Shown here: positions 61,190 to 64,000 of the stretch, piece after piece
How positions within the stretch are numbered: position 1 is the stretch's first letter
Layout of the letters: each line of letters begins with the position of its first letter
From: Psammoneis japonica
Lineage: Eukaryota
DNA: 64,000 nt
Assembly (NCBI GenBank): GCA_008632985.1
Contig: QPGO01000028.1
Location: 62,001 to 126,000 of the forward strand
Direction: 5' to 3'
Notes under the pieces: model-generated
Seen by the model: the letters and a program-made list of their open reading frames with translations, nothing else
Databases searched by the model: none
What the model was told of the DNA's origin: nothing
Translations under genes and position numbers: made by a program

Positions 61190-61664
61190 ATTTCAGCAAA
61201 TCTAAAACATGAACATGTACTTGAATACTGTTAGATCGTGTGTGCAAGGTTTGGTAGTTGTTATCATAAAAGTTATAGCGCTACACGACGACGCGTCGGC
61301 GGCACTCGTCATGGTGTGCGATTTTTGTGATGTTTTGTGCAAGTGGTTTTCGAAAGGTCCCGTACGAAGGCCGGACGGAACCGCGCTGAGCGAGGTCGCT
61401 TCTTAGATGAAATTTTTCGATCGATCGCCACCAGATCGCCACGAACAATTTTTGATGGATATTGATTATTATATATGGATGAATGTAGCATTTTCTGATG
61501 TCCGTTGAAAGCTTCCGTTTGAGCCAATCCTCTAACGGTTTTCCAATCCCTCTAACGGTTCTATGATTCTTTTTAACGGTTTCCGTTATTGTTTTCTAAG
61601 GATCAGTCCTCGCCACAATGTTCTCGTGTTCTTCACATTTTTGCATGAACAACGTTCTTTGATT

Positions 61665-64000
61665 ATGATTGCGTCTCGTTGGAGTTGTTGGTTTACCATC
61701 GCCTTTGTGATTGTTTTGCCCGGGGCAGTGCTGGGGAATTCATCCTTTTCAGCAGACGATCATGACGAAGAATCGCCTTATTTCCTGGGCGGGCGCAACG
61801 TTTCCAAGACGAAGGTGCAGGAGGAGCGCAAGCTTTCATCGCCTTGGTGTGCCAGCGATCCCTCGTCTCTTACCTTTAGCGACGTGTCTAGCATGCTCTC
61901 TGATATGGCAAATGGTCATTCAACCTTGGTGTCTGGAGGCGTGACTATTCCAAGTACCATCATTATGAAAGTGTTGACTGGCCAGATTGACCCAGAAGAC
62001 GATCTTTTCGCCCAAGTCATCGAAGCCTTACTAGAAGCCTTTCTTGGAGATCTCGACGTGGATTTGGAAGAGGATTCGTCCGAAGAGATGGACGTTCAAG
62101 AATTCGATTCGGAACTGTCGAACGAAGACTTGGGTCGGATTTTTGACTGGCTACAGTTTGAGGTGGAACAACGAATGTTGCCGTTTTGTTGGCGGCAAAC
62201 ATACTGGAAGTCGCCGTGGGATGAGTGCAACTATGGATACTCTTCCCATTTCGCGGAACTAGAATGCCTTCAAAACTGTGATTCAGATCAAGTGTCTTGT
62301 GGAGATTACGCGTGCGCCTTATCGGAAACAATGTGTGGCCTCACAGTTGCTGACCAAGTCTGGTCCACTTTGGTAGTTGTAGCAAATGCGATCACAGGAC
62401 TTACGGCATCTAGATTTACGGATGAAATTGATGACCAATTTGACGGTATAGTTGCTGGAGCGAGTACAAGTGCAGCCCAAAAAAAAGGCATGCTTGCTGG
62501 TACTCTACGATATATCGTCAGCAAGCTTCAATCCATAGCACCTGACGGAAAACAGTTGTCCGATTTTGGAAGCTATAGCGCTTATATAAGATATGCAAGA
62601 ACTGGCACCACGAAACGAAAAGTGTTTGCAGCGGTACGACAAATGGGTCAGGATTTTCTGTGTTTTCCAACTCTTCAATAGGTAGCCTAACACGCTTTTC
62701 TTTGTCAACAGGGTAAACTCGGGGCAATTGCCTACAAGCTTTTGCGCTTCTATCGATACCACTTCTCTGTACGTTCACTAATGAAAAGGAAATACCAATT
62801 CGTTTGTTGCACGCTTCAAGCTCATTTCGTTTTTTTTGGTCCAGTGCTCTTTTGACGAACTTTACCCCGAGCTTGCCCAAGAACTCAACTCGCGTTTTGA
62901 TGTGGATACAGCGTCGTATATCAAAGACCGCTGGGCCATTGTTGAACTGGACAGGATGGACAAGGCGCTCAATTTTGGCATAGCCTCATTGGCTCTCTCG
63001 ACGGTTGATTTGTTGGAACAAACTGGTGTTCCTTCCGTGATTAACGCCTTCGCCAAACCCAAGTGCAGGACGATCGTTCCTTTTCCTTGCACCGCTATCG
63101 ACAATACTTGCACCCCGCCTATTGATTTTAACGTCGTGAATGGTTGGTCAATGGATCATCATATACGCGTCATGGGGGACATTGACGGGAACGGTATCCC
63201 GGACATTGTGGGTTTGTCGTGCGGTGCTGTGAATGAGTGTTGGTTTACTCGCCTCATTCCCTTCACACCTTTCTTTTCTTTATGCATAGATTGGGTTTGG
63301 AGGAACGGGCGTCCACGTCGCTGTAGGAAAAGGTAAGGAGGGAACGACGTGATAGACAAGTGTATCGAGCATTTCCGCGTCTTCCTTCTTCTCACTCGAC
63401 CTTGTTTCAATTCCTTCTTTAAGGTGACGGCAATTTCTGGTTGATCGGGAAAGTTGTTAACGATCTTTCTTGGGATCAGGGATGGAGGATAGAAACACAC
63501 AAACGTTTTGTTGCCGACGTAGACGGAGACGGAAAGGATGATCTCATTGGTTGCGGATATAGCGGCTGCTACGTTTGGAAATCCAAAGGAGATGGATACT
63601 TTGAGGATCCCATACGGGCGACCAAAGATTTTGGGGTTCAACAAGGATGGGAAGGAGACACGTACCCACGATTCATTGCGGACGTGAATGCCGATCAGCG
63701 GGCCGACCTGATTGGATTTGGATATTCTGCAGTGTATGTGAAGCTAGGTCAGGCCGACGGAACATTTCGAGACGGCCCTTCGTTCAACAAATACACGGAC
63801 AACCAGGGTTGGGGGGGTAACACTGATTACTTGCGAATTATGACCCGCGCCAACAAGGATCTCTACTCGGACATTGTCGCTTTTGGATATCACTCAACGT
63901 TTACGGCCGTCGGTACGTCGAACACCCAATCCAGTTTTTGGGACAAGGGAGTTTCCTACAACGGTTTTAGTGCCAGGAGTGGATGGAGAGAAGAAAAACA
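61665..64000 (+). CDS. Multi-exon secreted protein with FG-GAP/VCBS-like repeats (partial)
   Basis: Signal peptide from ATG 61665 and a Cys-rich segment (FCWRQTY...CGDYAC). Later exons carry GDIDGNGIPDIVG, ADVDGDGKDDLIG and ADVNADQRADLIGFG. Exon boundaries are not fully resolved. Confidence 0.7.

Larger units (their letters stand above)
56313..61410. mobile_element. DNA transposon with ~130-bp TIRs (Academ-like transposase plus a convergent ORF)
   Basis: 56313-56442 is a near-perfect reverse complement of 61280-61410 (one indel). AATT flanks both ends as a possible TSD; because AATT is palindromic the exact boundary is ambiguous. Confidence 0.85.

Noticed and set aside
1..64000. A gene encoding the mutator itself
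   Set aside because: No deaminase (HxE...PCxxC), DNA methyltransferase or Y-family polymerase motifs were recognised. The FkbM protein has an N-terminal TM segment and is unlikely to act on DNA.

Overview
Eukaryotic nuclear DNA, most likely a diatom or other stramenopile. This is inferred from short GT-AG introns, the gene families present and the TE types. One N gap lies at 19605-19813. Ordinary genes sit in islands: a START-domain protein, an S8 subtilase, a GT8 glycosyltransferase, an FkbM methyltransferase, a Cys-rich TM protein, an FG-GAP/VCBS-like secreted protein, four membrane-anchored cyclophilin-like genes plus remnants, and four MATH-BTB paralogues. Between these islands are multi-kb blocks of TEs and duplicated DNA: a full-length Ty3/Gypsy element with 5-bp TSD, a Plavaka-like transposase, an Academ-like TIR element and two MITEs. 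The main signal is that these blocks have lost almost every TpA dinucleotide. Internal controls (the two LTRs, paralogous genes, conserved RT/RNase H tyrosines, a lost stop codon) show TpA converted to TpG or CpA, i.e. A:T->G:C at TpA. In some places this happens without matching CpG loss, and block edges are sharp. It looks like a repeat-targeted hypermutation process opposite in direction to fungal RIP. The mechanism is not visible here and novelty has not been checked against the literature.
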